DNA of 64,000 nt. Origin: a virus (lineage: Duplodnaviria; Heunggongvirae; Uroviricota; Caudoviricetes). Position 1 is the stretch's first letter. Every line of letters starts with the position of its first letter. The position numbers and the translations under genes were made by a program. Positions 27,746-37,519 of this stretch are shown here, in pieces. The stretch lies in IMG/VR virus record IMGVR_UViG_3300031134_000466. The stretch is one strand, 5' to 3'. Below the pieces are notes generated by a model. That model did not search any database and was not told the DNA's origin. It worked only from the letters and a program-made list of their open reading frames with translations.

Positions 27746-28399
27746 CTAATTGTGTTTTTTTGCAGGTACAGGTCTACTCATTGAATTTGCACTTCCTAAT
27801 ATGAATATTAACGCTGTGCTGGCTAAATTCAATATATTACTAAACGTTAAAACTAAATTTAGCCTTGATTGTTTTGTTTCACGGATTTCAGGATTGTAAA
27901 CATATTCTGGTACTTCTGCCAAGCATTTTTCTTTAGGAGTTAGGTTGTTGTACCAGGCAGCTGTTTGGGGCATGGAACCGGCACTATTTGAAACATTCGC
28001 ACATCGTTCGGCGGGAGTCATATTCTCTATTCGGGCGTCATTCAAAGAAGTTCCAATTACAATACTTTGCAGAAGGAAAGATATAACACTCAAAGTCAAG
28101 ATAAGACCAGGTAATTTTGATAAAGATTTTGTGTCATTGCCTCTTCTAAACCATAGGCTAATTGTAGGGGCTAAAATAGCTATAGTGAATATCAACGTGA
28201 GTACGTAAAATTGTTTCGTACTTATAAACTCAGCATATCGCATAAGTAACAAAACGATATTTACAGAAACATAAAATAACATCCAATACCAAAATTCACT
28301 TTTACTGGCTGTTCCTTGGGGCTTGAAACTACGTTCAAATCCATGGCGTATTGCTCTGAAAAAATTAACAGATTCTGCAACAGGGGGTATATAAGTCAT
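27746..28399 (-). CDS. DUF805-family inner-membrane protein
   Basis: ASKSEFWYWMLF motif and 4 TM helices. Confidence 0.6.
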   Translation of the reverse strand: MTYIPPVAESVNFFRAIRHGFERSFKPQGTASKSEFWYWMLFYVSVNIVLLLMRYAEFISTKQFYVLTLIFTIAILAPTISLWFRRGNDTKSLSKLPGLILTLSVISFLLQSIVIGTSLNDARIENMTPAERCANVSNSAGSMPQTAAWYNNLTPKEKCLAEVPEYVYNPEIRETKQSRLNLVLTFSNILNLASTALIFILGSANSMSRPVPAKKHN

Positions 28400-28538
28400 A
28401 CATCTATATTCGGTTCAAAAGAACAAAATAACACTTAGATAACAGGCTATTGATCGGATGTAGAGAGGATGACATGTTTCTATAGTGCGTGTATCTCAGA
28501 TAATCTAAGGTTGTAATTCGCCTTGTTAGACATAAACT

Positions 28539-29579
28539 ATGACCACTGCTACTAAATGTGCCAAACCAAAAGGGGTATATTGCCGTTTGCACAACCCTGA
28601 ACCTCGTGGGTATGCTTCTGCATCAGAAGCGTTAAATAAAGCAGAGCAGGACTTCAACAAAGCCAACCCGATCAAATCTTCTTCTCCTGGTGTTTCTTTT
28701 CATAAAAACGGTGAGACTCGCACATTGCACAAAAGTGTTCCAGAGAACATTGCTGACCATATTGCTTTGAATCAAGAACAACTGTCTCACTTGTCAGACA
28801 TGCAGAAGAAAGCTTTGAACGGTTACACCGGCTTTGCTGCAGGTGTTTGCAATAGTGTGTTGTTAGCAAAAGAATTCGCTTATGAGTATTACGAAGATGC
28901 CCCTCTATGGAAAGAAGCCCCAGGAGGAGCGTGTGACTTTGTTTCTCGTGAAGATTTAGTTGACTACATGGAAACAATGGATGGTATCCTTGCTTCCCGC
29001 CAGGAACAATCCCGAGTTCTATACCGTGGTATTCCTATTTACTCAGAACTGCATGACGAGATTGGTAATGGCATAGGTAAAAAGCTGCCTTTCGCTGATG
29101 CTACTGGCTTAGCAGAGGGTTTGAGTGAATATTACAAGCCTGGTACTGTCATTAAGCATGACCATTACTTGTCCACAACAGCATCAGCGTATTATGCAGC
29201 TGACCGTACAGACAATTCCATCGGGACAAAAAAGAGCTATTACGATAGCAATGATGTACCAGTCGGTATTGTCTTTGAGCTGAAAACCAATGCTGGTTTG
29301 GATGTTACAGCTGCAGCTCGTCATCATTCTTATGAACGTGAAGTGGTGTTACCTCGTGAAACTTACTTCAAAGTTGTCAACGTGGACGTGAATCCACAAG
29401 CTTATGACACTGTTTCAGGATTCGATACGCTCAACCATCCTGAGGAGCGAGAGCAGAAAACTTTCACTCGCTTAGCTGCTGTTGTTCAGATGGTCGAAGT
29501 AGACAAAAACGGCAAAGAAATAACAGGTACTGCACCTCATAATCCAGAGAGAAAAATCAGCGACATCATTCCTGGATGA
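28539..29579 (+). CDS. Mono-ADP-ribosyltransferase (R-S-E class, C3/VIP2-like)
   Basis: YRG Arg, STT, and ExE loop YEREVVLPRETYFKVV; weaker version of the shared Cys/His N-terminus. Confidence 0.75.
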   Translation: MTTATKCAKPKGVYCRLHNPEPRGYASASEALNKAEQDFNKANPIKSSSPGVSFHKNGETRTLHKSVPENIADHIALNQEQLSHLSDMQKKALNGYTGFAAGVCNSVLLAKEFAYEYYEDAPLWKEAPGGACDFVSREDLVDYMETMDGILASRQEQSRVLYRGIPIYSELHDEIGNGIGKKLPFADATGLAEGLSEYYKPGTVIKHDHYLSTTASAYYAADRTDNSIGTKKSYYDSNDVPVGIVFELKTNAGLDVTAAARHHSYEREVVLPRETYFKVVNVDVNPQAYDTVSGFDTLNHPEEREQKTFTRLAAVVQMVEVDKNGKEITGTAPHNPERKISDIIPG

Positions 29580-29612
29580 CAGCACCTTTGTTGGATTACT
29601 CCAAATATAGTT

Positions 29613-29658
29613 AAAAAGCTGTGGCGCCACCTCTACAAAGGTGGCGCCACAGCTTTTT
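29613..29658. terminator. Bidirectional hairpin terminator
   Basis: aaaaagctgtggcgccacc/ggtggcgccacagcttttt. Confidence 0.65.
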
Positions 29659-29884
29659 AACTTCTCATTTTCCTCTTATTAGCCATCTCCAATATTCTGT
29701 TGTATTCAACAACCTGCAGTAGAGCAGCACGTAGAGTATCTTCTAAGAACGCACCGTCTTTGTTTCGGTAGTCGGTACTGACTGAGATGTGATTGCCGTT
29801 CACAGTGAAGCGGATGAAGTTGGCTTCATGAGGCTGTGAGGCCGGGGATGGTTTTCCGAGGTGGAGTGATACGTTTTTTGACAT
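29657..29884 (-). CDS. Hypothetical small protein
   Basis: AAAGGA SD before the internal Met; the ORF is open to 29953. Confidence 0.4.
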   Translation of the reverse strand: MSKNVSLHLGKPSPASQPHEANFIRFTVNGNHISVSTDYRNKDGAFLEDTLRAALLQVVEYNRILEMANKRKMRS

Positions 29885-30049
29885 GGTTATCCTTTCAGTT
29901 GGTGTTATTGACTGAAAAGATAAATTTGCGTTACATGTCTTAGATAGTATCACATTCGTTTAGGACTCGGACAGAATCACTTATCGGCTACTTGCTCGAA
30001 AGTGTGATGTTTTCAACTAAGCTGCATTCAAATATGGTAACCTGTAATT

Positions 30050-30460
30050 ATGACTAACGAAAACCTGACCATGCATGATGTCGAAGTTGATGACCAAGTA
30101 GAAATTATTTTCACTAACGGTGACCGAATCACAGGGACTGTGACTTCTCCTAACATCAGCTCCACAATGCGTATCCAGACCATTTTTGCTGGGGACACAT
30201 ACATCTCTTTGCACAACGTAGACAGCTACACGGTAAAGAAGGTCCACGACAAGCAGGAACCTTTCGAACCTGAAGGTGAAGGAGAAATCTGGGGTTACAT
30301 CCAGTACCAGGTTCGAGGTTTCGCTGCAATCAACAAGAAGCAGGTCCACCGTGACGCTAAGGGGCTATGGCACATGGATGGCAAGTCAGGAACCTGGGCG
30401 AGACTTCAGTTCAACATTGGTCAGGACTTCACATTTGTTCAGTTGGTGGAAGCTAACTGA
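30050..30460 (+). CDS. Hypothetical protein
   Basis: ORF only. Confidence 0.45.
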   Translation: MTNENLTMHDVEVDDQVEIIFTNGDRITGTVTSPNISSTMRIQTIFAGDTYISLHNVDSYTVKKVHDKQEPFEPEGEGEIWGYIQYQVRGFAAINKKQVHRDAKGLWHMDGKSGTWARLQFNIGQDFTFVQLVEAN

Positions 30461-30499
30461 GGTTGGTAGCATATGCTTACATCTTGTTAGAGATTAGGT

Positions 30500-31465
30500 A
30501 TGTGCTACCCCAAACCTGGTCCTCGCTGTTCAGCTCATGCTGCAGTTAAACTGGCGACTGTAAAACTCGCTTCTACCAGCGGTAGTCAAGATTTTGCCGA
30601 GTACTTAGCTCATCAGGAGCGTCTTGAAGAAGCTCAGCTGGAGTATGACATCACGCCAGCAGGTTTGAAAGATTTACAGGATTTAGTGGGTCAACGAAAT
30701 GACCCTGACGCTGAGCTCCGTTATTCCAAAGCTAAAGCCCTGAGAGCAAAGAAGTTGGCTTTGTTGCATGAAGACCAGAAACAAGAGCAAGGTCATACTC
30801 TTGCAAGGGTTCAAGGGGTAAATGAAGATTTTTGTTCTGATGAAATTGTTCGTTCTAACAAAGATGCTGGAATCACATCCGCAGCTTTAGTAGCTGAAGC
30901 TGAACCGTGGTTTAATCAGTTGAACGATGATGAACTTTCTCAAATGCACTGGATGACCGACTATGGTTCAATGGAAGCTAATACGCACATCGCAGGAACC
31001 AATGACCATAAACGTTTTGGTGGTCTATTCTCTGCAGAGAACTTGGAATCTCGTATGGTTCAAGTTGACTCGGCTTTGAGTAAGTTTGAGTCACATCATG
31101 ATGAAGTTGTCTACAGGGGCTTTCGTGAAGGCTCTCTTCCCTCTGCTATGGCAAACAACTACCGGGTATCAGATGATGTGAAGCAAGCTGCAGTTCTGAA
31201 ATCTTTCACCGTAGGTGAAGTCTACAAGTCTGATTTCTACATGCCAACTTCTGTACAGCCTGAAGAGGCTGCTCGTTTTGCTGATTTCGGTTGCGTCATG
31301 GAAATCAAAACCCGCAAAGCTGCTCCTGTATCTGCCATTTCTGAAGTTCCCCGTGAGTCAGAAAAACTGATTGGTCGTAACAGTGAATTCAAAGTCGTGG
31401 CAATCAAAGAGAACATCATGTACGGCATTAAGAGAATGACTGTTGTTCAGTTAGAGCAACTCTAA
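30500..31465 (+). CDS. Mono-ADP-ribosyltransferase (R-S-E class) with the Cys/His N-terminal module
   Basis: MCYPKPGPRCSAHA N-terminus; VYRGF, MPTSV, ESEKLIGRNSEFKVV. Confidence 0.8.
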   Translation: MCYPKPGPRCSAHAAVKLATVKLASTSGSQDFAEYLAHQERLEEAQLEYDITPAGLKDLQDLVGQRNDPDAELRYSKAKALRAKKLALLHEDQKQEQGHTLARVQGVNEDFCSDEIVRSNKDAGITSAALVAEAEPWFNQLNDDELSQMHWMTDYGSMEANTHIAGTNDHKRFGGLFSAENLESRMVQVDSALSKFESHHDEVVYRGFREGSLPSAMANNYRVSDDVKQAAVLKSFTVGEVYKSDFYMPTSVQPEEAARFADFGCVMEIKTRKAAPVSAISEVPRESEKLIGRNSEFKVVAIKENIMYGIKRMTVVQLEQL

Positions 31466-31547
31466 TTTTCATTCATAAGCCTTTTCTGAGGCGTTTCACA
31501 AGAATCTGCTAGGCTCCTGCTAAGAAACATTAGTTAAGGAGACTCTC

Positions 31548-32480
31548 TTGGTCGGTTTCATTATTTTTGCAGTGATCGCGTTCATCGCTGTTATTGTTTG
31601 GCGTAAATTCTCTAAACAGTCAAAACTTGTCAGTCGCACAGCCGGCGGTGCAGGTGTTCTGTTCGGTCTGATCGCTGCAGCATGCCTGGTAGGGGCTATG
31701 GCGTACACTCAGGACCCTGGTGAGGCTGTTGTGCAGCGTGACACCATCACAGGTAAGATCGTCGGTCAGACGACCACTGAAGGCTTGTACTTCAAAGCTC
31801 CTTGGGTTGACACTGTGACTTTCAACATTCGAAACCAGAAAGTATCTTTCGCTGGAAGTGCTGAGACCGGCTACAACGACAACGCTGGTGGTGCAGCTGA
31901 CGGAGCTCAGGTCACTGTGCAGGACAAAGAAGGTGTTTCTTCCAACATTGACATCACCTTACGTTATTCGATCAAAGCTGATTCAGTGACTGACATCTAC
32001 CGTCAGTTCAAAGATGAAGACAACTTCAAGAGTTCCTTCATTACTCAGGACATCCGTTCCGTAGTTCGTTCAGTGCCAACACAGTTCACAACCCTTGAAC
32101 TCATCACTAAGCGAGGCGAAATCGAAGCTCAGATTCTTGAAGCTTTGGAAGACCGTTGGAAATCAGAAGGCGTCATCATTGATTCAATCTCCTTACAGGA
32201 AATCCGAGTACCTGAAAGCGTGAAAGAAGCTTACGCTTCAGCCCAAGAAGCTCAGATTAACGTTGAGAAAGAACGATCCAACTTGGAAGCTGAAGAAGTG
32301 AAAGCTCAGCAGAAAGTCGCTAACGCTACAGCTGAAGCAGAAGCTAACCGACTGCTTACCGAATCTTTGAACGACAACGTTCTGAAGCAGCGATACCTGG
32401 ACACTTTGAGTGAACTTGGTAAAGACGGTAACGTCATTGTTGTTCCTGAAGGATTCAACGCTTTAGGTTCAATCAAGTAA
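31548..32480 (+). CDS. SPFH/Band-7 (HflK/C, stomatin-like) membrane protein
   Basis: N-terminal TM, SPFH core, C-terminal coiled coil AEAEANRLL. Confidence 0.7.
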   Translation: MVGFIIFAVIAFIAVIVWRKFSKQSKLVSRTAGGAGVLFGLIAAACLVGAMAYTQDPGEAVVQRDTITGKIVGQTTTEGLYFKAPWVDTVTFNIRNQKVSFAGSAETGYNDNAGGAADGAQVTVQDKEGVSSNIDITLRYSIKADSVTDIYRQFKDEDNFKSSFITQDIRSVVRSVPTQFTTLELITKRGEIEAQILEALEDRWKSEGVIIDSISLQEIRVPESVKEAYASAQEAQINVEKERSNLEAEEVKAQQKVANATAEAEANRLLTESLNDNVLKQRYLDTLSELGKDGNVIVVPEGFNALGSIK

Positions 32481-32488
32481 TTTCTCCT

Positions 32489-32540
32489 TAACTAAGTAAC
32501 GGGAACCCATAGATATTACTGGGTTCCCGTTACTTAGTTA
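32489..32540. terminator. Bidirectional hairpin terminator
   Basis: taactaagtaacgggaaccc/gggttcccgttacttagtta. Confidence 0.65.
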
Positions 32541-32545
32541 AGCTG

Positions 32546-32866
32546 TTAGTCGCAGCCGCCGCCTCCACCGCTGTCGCTACTGCCGCCTGAATCGCTTCCG
32601 CCAGAGTAACCTCCGCTGGAGCCGCTGTCACCAGAGTAGCTGCTGAACCAGGTGGAAGTTCCAGAATCTGAAGAACTTGAGCTGAAAGATGAACGAGACG
32701 AACGACCAGCGCTTGAACGGTGAGTGGTCTGAGTTGAGTTGAAACTCTCAGAAAGAGTAGGCTCTCGGTACGTCTGCGAAGATGACCTACTGCGGAACAC
32801 CAGCACTGCGATAACAGCTACAACAGCGATAGCTGCCAGAATCAGGATAATAGTAAGGGTTGTCAT
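32546..32866 (-). CDS. Small membrane protein with a Ser/Gly-rich low-complexity tail
   Basis: N-terminal TM helix; tail ...SGGYSGGSDSGGSSDSGGGGGCD. Confidence 0.45.
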   Translation of the reverse strand: MTTLTIILILAAIAVVAVIAVLVFRSRSSSQTYREPTLSESFNSTQTTHRSSAGRSSRSSFSSSSSDSGTSTWFSSYSGDSGSSGGYSGGSDSGGSSDSGGGGGCD

Positions 32867-32920
32867 GGTCTGATGCTAACATAGAAGGAAGGCAAAAGTC
32901 AACAACCCGATAAGGTAGAC

Positions 32921-33580
32921 ATGGTAGACGTAAAGATTTTAGACTCATTTCCTTCTTCTGAAGAGCTGCAAAAGCGTGCAGAGTTGTCAGTAGAGATTCA
33001 GTTAGCGTTAGAAGAAAGTCAAGGCTGGACTCATCCGTTCAGTAAGAAAGATTTGTTTTCTCAGAAGTCAGACTCGGTTGGTGGTTACACTGAATACCAT
33101 TGGGAAGATGGTGGTGGACAGTCACTGACAATTTTCTTTGCAGACAACCAAATTCTCTTACTGGCTTATGACCACGAATGCTCATCTAACTTCTATTCAG
33201 GGGAAGACGAAGATATTGCTAATCAAATTGCTATGTATGAAGGCGTACCAGAAAACCTGATGCGTTTTGTCTCTAACGTAGATGAAAATCCTTGGAATCT
33301 GAACATCGAACTGGATGATGACGGAGAAAAGACAATCTCTTCTGCTTCGTTCGTTGCATGGTTTGATGGTGAAAAGTGGAACCATGCACCTAACCTGGAA
33401 CAGTTACTGGGTAGATACAATGAAGACGGCGGGTTAGGGTATTGTTCAGCACATCTCGTCCCAGAAGAAAAGGTTCTGTCCGAAGAAAGCGTTCGTCAGT
33501 ACTATTTCGAAGCTGGTTATGACGAAGACGAACTGCTGGAGGTAGTTGTAGCAACGTACAGAAAGTTCATGGCTTCATGA
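32921..33580 (+). CDS. Hypothetical acidic protein
   Basis: ORF only. Confidence 0.5.
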   Translation: MVDVKILDSFPSSEELQKRAELSVEIQLALEESQGWTHPFSKKDLFSQKSDSVGGYTEYHWEDGGGQSLTIFFADNQILLLAYDHECSSNFYSGEDEDIANQIAMYEGVPENLMRFVSNVDENPWNLNIELDDDGEKTISSASFVAWFDGEKWNHAPNLEQLLGRYNEDGGLGYCSAHLVPEEKVLSEESVRQYYFEAGYDEDELLEVVVATYRKFMAS

Positions 33581-34143
33581 GAGAACAAGAAGAACTGTTC
33601 TTCCAAGCACTAAGAGCTAAACACAACAAAGCAGCCATCCTCAAAGAAGTCACCATGCCTGACGAACCAGCTGCATTAATTTACCGCACTCGTCAAGCAC
33701 AATCGTCTCCACGGTACAGAGCCTGGTTCGATAAAAAAGGACTTACTTACGATGGTGTGGTTCCTGATGATTACGACATGGCTAAAGCTAAGCTCACCAG
33801 ACGTATTGACTTTCTCATGTTCGAAGGCCCCTCAGTAACAGCCATCGAGATGAAAGTTTCCAAAGCTGATTTCAGAAGAGATACTGAGGACAAAAGGAGA
33901 GCTTGGAAAGCTGTCACAAACCGATTTGTTTACCTCACGCCTAAAGGATTGTTATCCCCTGAGGATATCCCCGAAGGTTGCGGGTTGTGGGAGTTTGAGA
34001 ATGGAAAAATTGTTGTCATCAAAAAGTCTAAAACGAATAACGATCCAGAGCCTTTCCCAGCATCCATGGTGAAATATTTTGCTTGGAGAGCCTTCGCTGC
34101 TGAAGCAACTAATCCAAGAAGAGCCAGAAGACGTAGACGCTAA
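33577..34143 (+). CDS. Hypothetical protein, possible PD-(D/E)xK nuclease, with a basic C-terminal tail
   Basis: D...EMKVSK motif; ATGA overlap with the upstream gene; RRARRRRR tail. Confidence 0.4.
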   Translation: MREQEELFFQALRAKHNKAAILKEVTMPDEPAALIYRTRQAQSSPRYRAWFDKKGLTYDGVVPDDYDMAKAKLTRRIDFLMFEGPSVTAIEMKVSKADFRRDTEDKRRAWKAVTNRFVYLTPKGLLSPEDIPEGCGLWEFENGKIVVIKKSKTNNDPEPFPASMVKYFAWRAFAAEATNPRRARRRRR

Positions 34144-34350
34144 ATCGCTGAAAATGACTTTACCTCAAAAAAGCTGTTAAACTTATGGGGCAGTAGAAAA
34201 ACGGCAAGCGTCATCAAATTTCTTTTGAAGAAAATACCTTTTAGTTCGGTTAAGGATGAAAATCGTCCGATAACATTAAAAGGTTAGTTCTTCTTGATTC
34301 GGGGGATAAAGAAAACTGATGACATGTGTAACTTTCTTCCGTTACACACT

Positions 34351-34391
34351 GCGGGGCCCAGGTACTAAGTACTTGGGCCCCGCATCTTTTT
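34351..34391. terminator. Bidirectional hairpin terminator with a T-tract
   Basis: gcggggcccaggtact/agtacttgggccccgc followed by tttttt. Confidence 0.7.
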
Positions 34392-34403
34392 TACCTGTAA
34401 CAG

Positions 34404-35891
34404 TTAGCCTACGAAGGTTACTCCAGTAGTGGTTCTGTCATACTGTGTCCATGTTGTTCCGTTGGATGGTCCATAGAAATGGGTAGTCAAACTACCTGTC
34501 TTTGTATCAAACTCCAGAGTTCGTACAGGGTTGGTGGTGTTTGAATGGAATGTTCCCAGGTAAGAAACAATCTTGTTGCCGTTCACTCCCACATCTTCAC
34601 GGTAACCAGCTTCACCGACATGGCCAGATAAGACAACTTTGATGTTTGGGTACTGCTTGACAAGGTTGTCATACACATACTGAGCTGAGTTACTTCCATA
34701 ACTGGCTGACTGGTCAATACTTCCATCACCGTTCAAATACGAATGAGTGGAAACAATAACATTGTAGTCAGGATGTGCAGCTACGACAGTTTTTGCCCAG
34801 TCAACGACCTCAGTGCGTGGCCAGAGTTCCAGAGTCAAAACCAACCACTTTTTGTCAGCAGCGTTGAAAGTCTGGTAAGCATTGTCAACTTTTCCAGTTT
34901 CGAAGGTTGTGATACCTGGGTAACGTGAAGGACTGAAGTAGCTATTGAAAGTGGTGGTGTTTCGCACTAAAGTGCGAGTGTTCTTAGGGTCAGCAGCAGA
35001 ACCGCCAACACCTACAGCAGCTGTATCATGGTTTCCGATGGTAAGAGAATTCTGGATTTTGTTGTCATCTAACACCTTCATGGCTTTGGATGCAACAGCG
35101 TACTGTTCGTGATTTGGAGTATCCCAATTGACGACATCACCAGTATGGTTCACATATCGCAAATCTAAAGCGTTTTTGTTATCAACAAGCCATTGTGTAC
35201 GGTTCACAAATCGAGTGTCTGTTCCAACTTCTTGTTGGGTGTCTGGAATCACAGCCATTGTGAACTTGCCGTCAGCATCAGCAGGATTTACTGGCGGAGT
35301 TGTTGGTGGTGTAACAACAGGGGAAGGTTTAGCTCCGTAGAATGAGATTCCTTCGGCTGCCCAGCCGGCTGTTGTCAGGGCAGTTCTTTCGGCTTCAGTT
35401 GTCGCATAACGATGCTTACCACTTTTTTGGAAACGGTAGACTGGTTGGCTGCCAGAAAGGTTTTTGGTTGAAGCGTAGAAATTGATTCCTTGCTCTGTGT
35501 AACCATATTTACTTTGGGCAACGGCAAGTTCATTAGAGGAAGAAGATTTTGCTATCCAGATGAAATCGCCGTTCTTGTGAAGACGGTAGACTGGCACTAA
35601 CCCTGTTTTTTGGTCGTGGTTAGCTTTGAAAACAATCCCTTTGGTTTCTGTGAAGCCATAGCTGTTTTTAGCACTGTCAATTTCTTTTGAGTTGACAGTG
35701 AGTAGATTAGCTTGGCTTTTAGGGTTGATTGACTGATAAACATCTGTCGTCATTGAAGACAGAATAGATGCATCAGAGGGAGCGGTCGCAGCTGAAGCGG
35801 ATGTAGCTGTAGCGAAAGGTAGAACAAGTGTAGCTAATAGTACGACGCCTAAAGTCCTAAATCGGACAGGTTGCGTTTGATTGTGGTTCAC
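34404..35891 (-). CDS. Secreted metallophosphoesterase with three N-terminal tandem repeats of about 55 aa
   Basis: Signal peptide; repeats VYRxxKxG...TxAERTALTTAGWAAEGISFY; catalytic motifs DTQ, GDVVN, GNHD, GHVG. Confidence 0.65.
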   Translation of the reverse strand: MNHNQTQPVRFRTLGVVLLATLVLPFATATSASAATAPSDASILSSMTTDVYQSINPKSQANLLTVNSKEIDSAKNSYGFTETKGIVFKANHDQKTGLVPVYRLHKNGDFIWIAKSSSSNELAVAQSKYGYTEQGINFYASTKNLSGSQPVYRFQKSGKHRYATTEAERTALTTAGWAAEGISFYGAKPSPVVTPPTTPPVNPADADGKFTMAVIPDTQQEVGTDTRFVNRTQWLVDNKNALDLRYVNHTGDVVNWDTPNHEQYAVASKAMKVLDDNKIQNSLTIGNHDTAAVGVGGSAADPKNTRTLVRNTTTFNSYFSPSRYPGITTFETGKVDNAYQTFNAADKKWLVLTLELWPRTEVVDWAKTVVAAHPDYNVIVSTHSYLNGDGSIDQSASYGSNSAQYVYDNLVKQYPNIKVVLSGHVGEAGYREDVGVNGNKIVSYLGTFHSNTTNPVRTLEFDTKTGSLTTHFYGPSNGTTWTQYDRTTTGVTFVG

Positions 35892-35979
35892 GTATTACCC
35901 CTTTATTATCCCCTGTTTAGGTTGCAAAGGTAATCGGCTTCTATCCCTCGTTTGGGGGTCAAGAACGTGAATTTATTAT

Positions 35980-36441
35980 TTAATACTCTGTACGCAGCTG
36001 ATACTCGCCCCAAGTCGTGAAAGGCTGAACAGAATTGTCCAGGATAATTCGTTCAGCAACATCACCAGATGCAAGCTTCTCATAAAATGCTGCATCGTCA
36101 AAACCAGCATTCGCCGCATCATAACGGTCAGCAGAAAACACAATACGGTCAACACGAGACCATAAAGCAGCACCTAAACACATAGGGCAAGGTTCACAGG
36201 ATGAATAAAGAACACATCCTTCCAGGTTGAACACTTTAGCCTTGGCACAAGCAGCCCTAATAGCATTCACTTCCGCATGAGCGGTAGGGTCAATCGTGGT
36301 GGTGACAGAGTTTCCCGCAGCAACCGTGCTGCCGTTAGGGAAAAGGATTACAGCCCCAAAAGGTCCACCATTGCCGCTTTCCACGTTCTTTACAGCTGTA
36401 TCAATAGCAAGCTTAAGATAGTCAGCGTCGTTCATATTCAA
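35980..36441 (-). CDS. CDA-fold guanine deaminase / tRNA adenosine deaminase-like protein (GuaD/TadA family)
   Basis: GGPFGAVI, HAEVNAIR and CEPCPMCLGA motifs, closely resembling Bacillus GuaD. Confidence 0.75.
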   Translation of the reverse strand: MNMNDADYLKLAIDTAVKNVESGNGGPFGAVILFPNGSTVAAGNSVTTTIDPTAHAEVNAIRAACAKAKVFNLEGCVLYSSCEPCPMCLGAALWSRVDRIVFSADRYDAANAGFDDAAFYEKLASGDVAERIILDNSVQPFTTWGEYQLRTEY

Positions 36442-36526
36442 AACTCCTCAATAGTGACAACTTCATTTTATGGCACTTTTCAGGTAAAAGCAAATCGCAG
36501 CAACAAACCTGTTAGAATGAATCATC

Positions 36527-37519
36527 ATGCTTACAGTCTCCTCTTCCCTGAAAAGCTATAAAGCGTCAGGGTTATTCTTTGGGAGTCTACTACTCATACT
36601 GGCAGCGTTTGCTCTACTCCCTAAGAAGAGCTTCACTGGGTTGCTGAATGATTTCTTCATGCTTAGCTTCAGTGTGATTGTTGAATCTGTGCCGTTCTTG
36701 ATCCTGGGTAGCGTCCTTGCTGCACTGGTGCAAATTTTTGTCTCGTTTACCTGGCTGACAAGAATACTCCCTAACAACCCTCACCTGAAACGCTTCTTCC
36801 TGTCATTGTTCGGTGTTTTCTTACCGGTATGCGAATGCGGGAACATTCCTATGGCTCGGGGACTGATGCTAAAAGGATTCACTGTGTCAGAAGCAATGGT
36901 CTTTTTGCTCGCTGCACCCATTGTTAACCCTGTCACCATAATCACAACCCATCAAGCTTTTGGATGGGATTCAGGCATCCTCATTTGCCGTATTTTAGGT
37001 GGACTTGCCATAGCGAACTTCATTGGCTGGCTCTTCTCCCGCCAACAAGATGCAACCCAGTTTCTCACCCCTTCATTCGAACATTCATGTCGAGTTGAAG
37101 CAGGCGTTGTAGAAAAGAAAAGCATTTTCAACATAGCAAACAAAACAGCCTCGGAGCTGATCCTTCTATTCCCAGCTTTGATCGTGGGTGCAGGCATTGC
37201 TGCGTTCATTCAAGTGATTGTACCGAGGAGTACATTGTTAGCCATTGGTGAAGACCCAGTACTCTCAGTTCTTGTTATGCTCCTACTGGGAATCATCGTA
37301 GCAATATGTTCAAACGTGGATTCATTCTTTGCTCTATCATTCGCTAGCACTTTCACGAATGGAAGCCTCATCACATTCCTTCTGGCAGGTCCCTTAGTCG
37401 ATGTGAAGATGATCGCATTGATGAAATCCACTTTCACATCCAGAGCTGTCCTATATATTGTACTACTGGTGGTATGTGCCAGCGTTAGCATTGGGTTAGG
37501 AGTCAATCTTGTCTCTTGA
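36527..37519 (+). CDS. DUF318/ArsP-type permease (YcgR-like)
   Basis: Polytopic membrane protein; CECGNIP motif. Confidence 0.65.
   Translation: MLTVSSSLKSYKASGLFFGSLLLILAAFALLPKKSFTGLLNDFFMLSFSVIVESVPFLILGSVLAALVQIFVSFTWLTRILPNNPHLKRFFLSLFGVFLPVCECGNIPMARGLMLKGFTVSEAMVFLLAAPIVNPVTIITTHQAFGWDSGILICRILGGLAIANFIGWLFSRQQDATQFLTPSFEHSCRVEAGVVEKKSIFNIANKTASELILLFPALIVGAGIAAFIQVIVPRSTLLAIGEDPVLSVLVMLLLGIIVAICSNVDSFFALSFASTFTNGSLITFLLAGPLVDVKMIALMKSTFTSRAVLYIVLLVVCASVSIGLGVNLVS

Noticed and set aside
28474-28538. Candidate leaderless promoter for the 28539 ART gene (TTGTAA-N16-TAAACT abutting the ATG)
   Set aside because: The -10 hexamer would end at the ATG itself, which puts the TSS inside the gene. 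The alternative upstream -10s (TATAGT, GATAAT) lack good -35 partners. Only the PARP promoter was reported.
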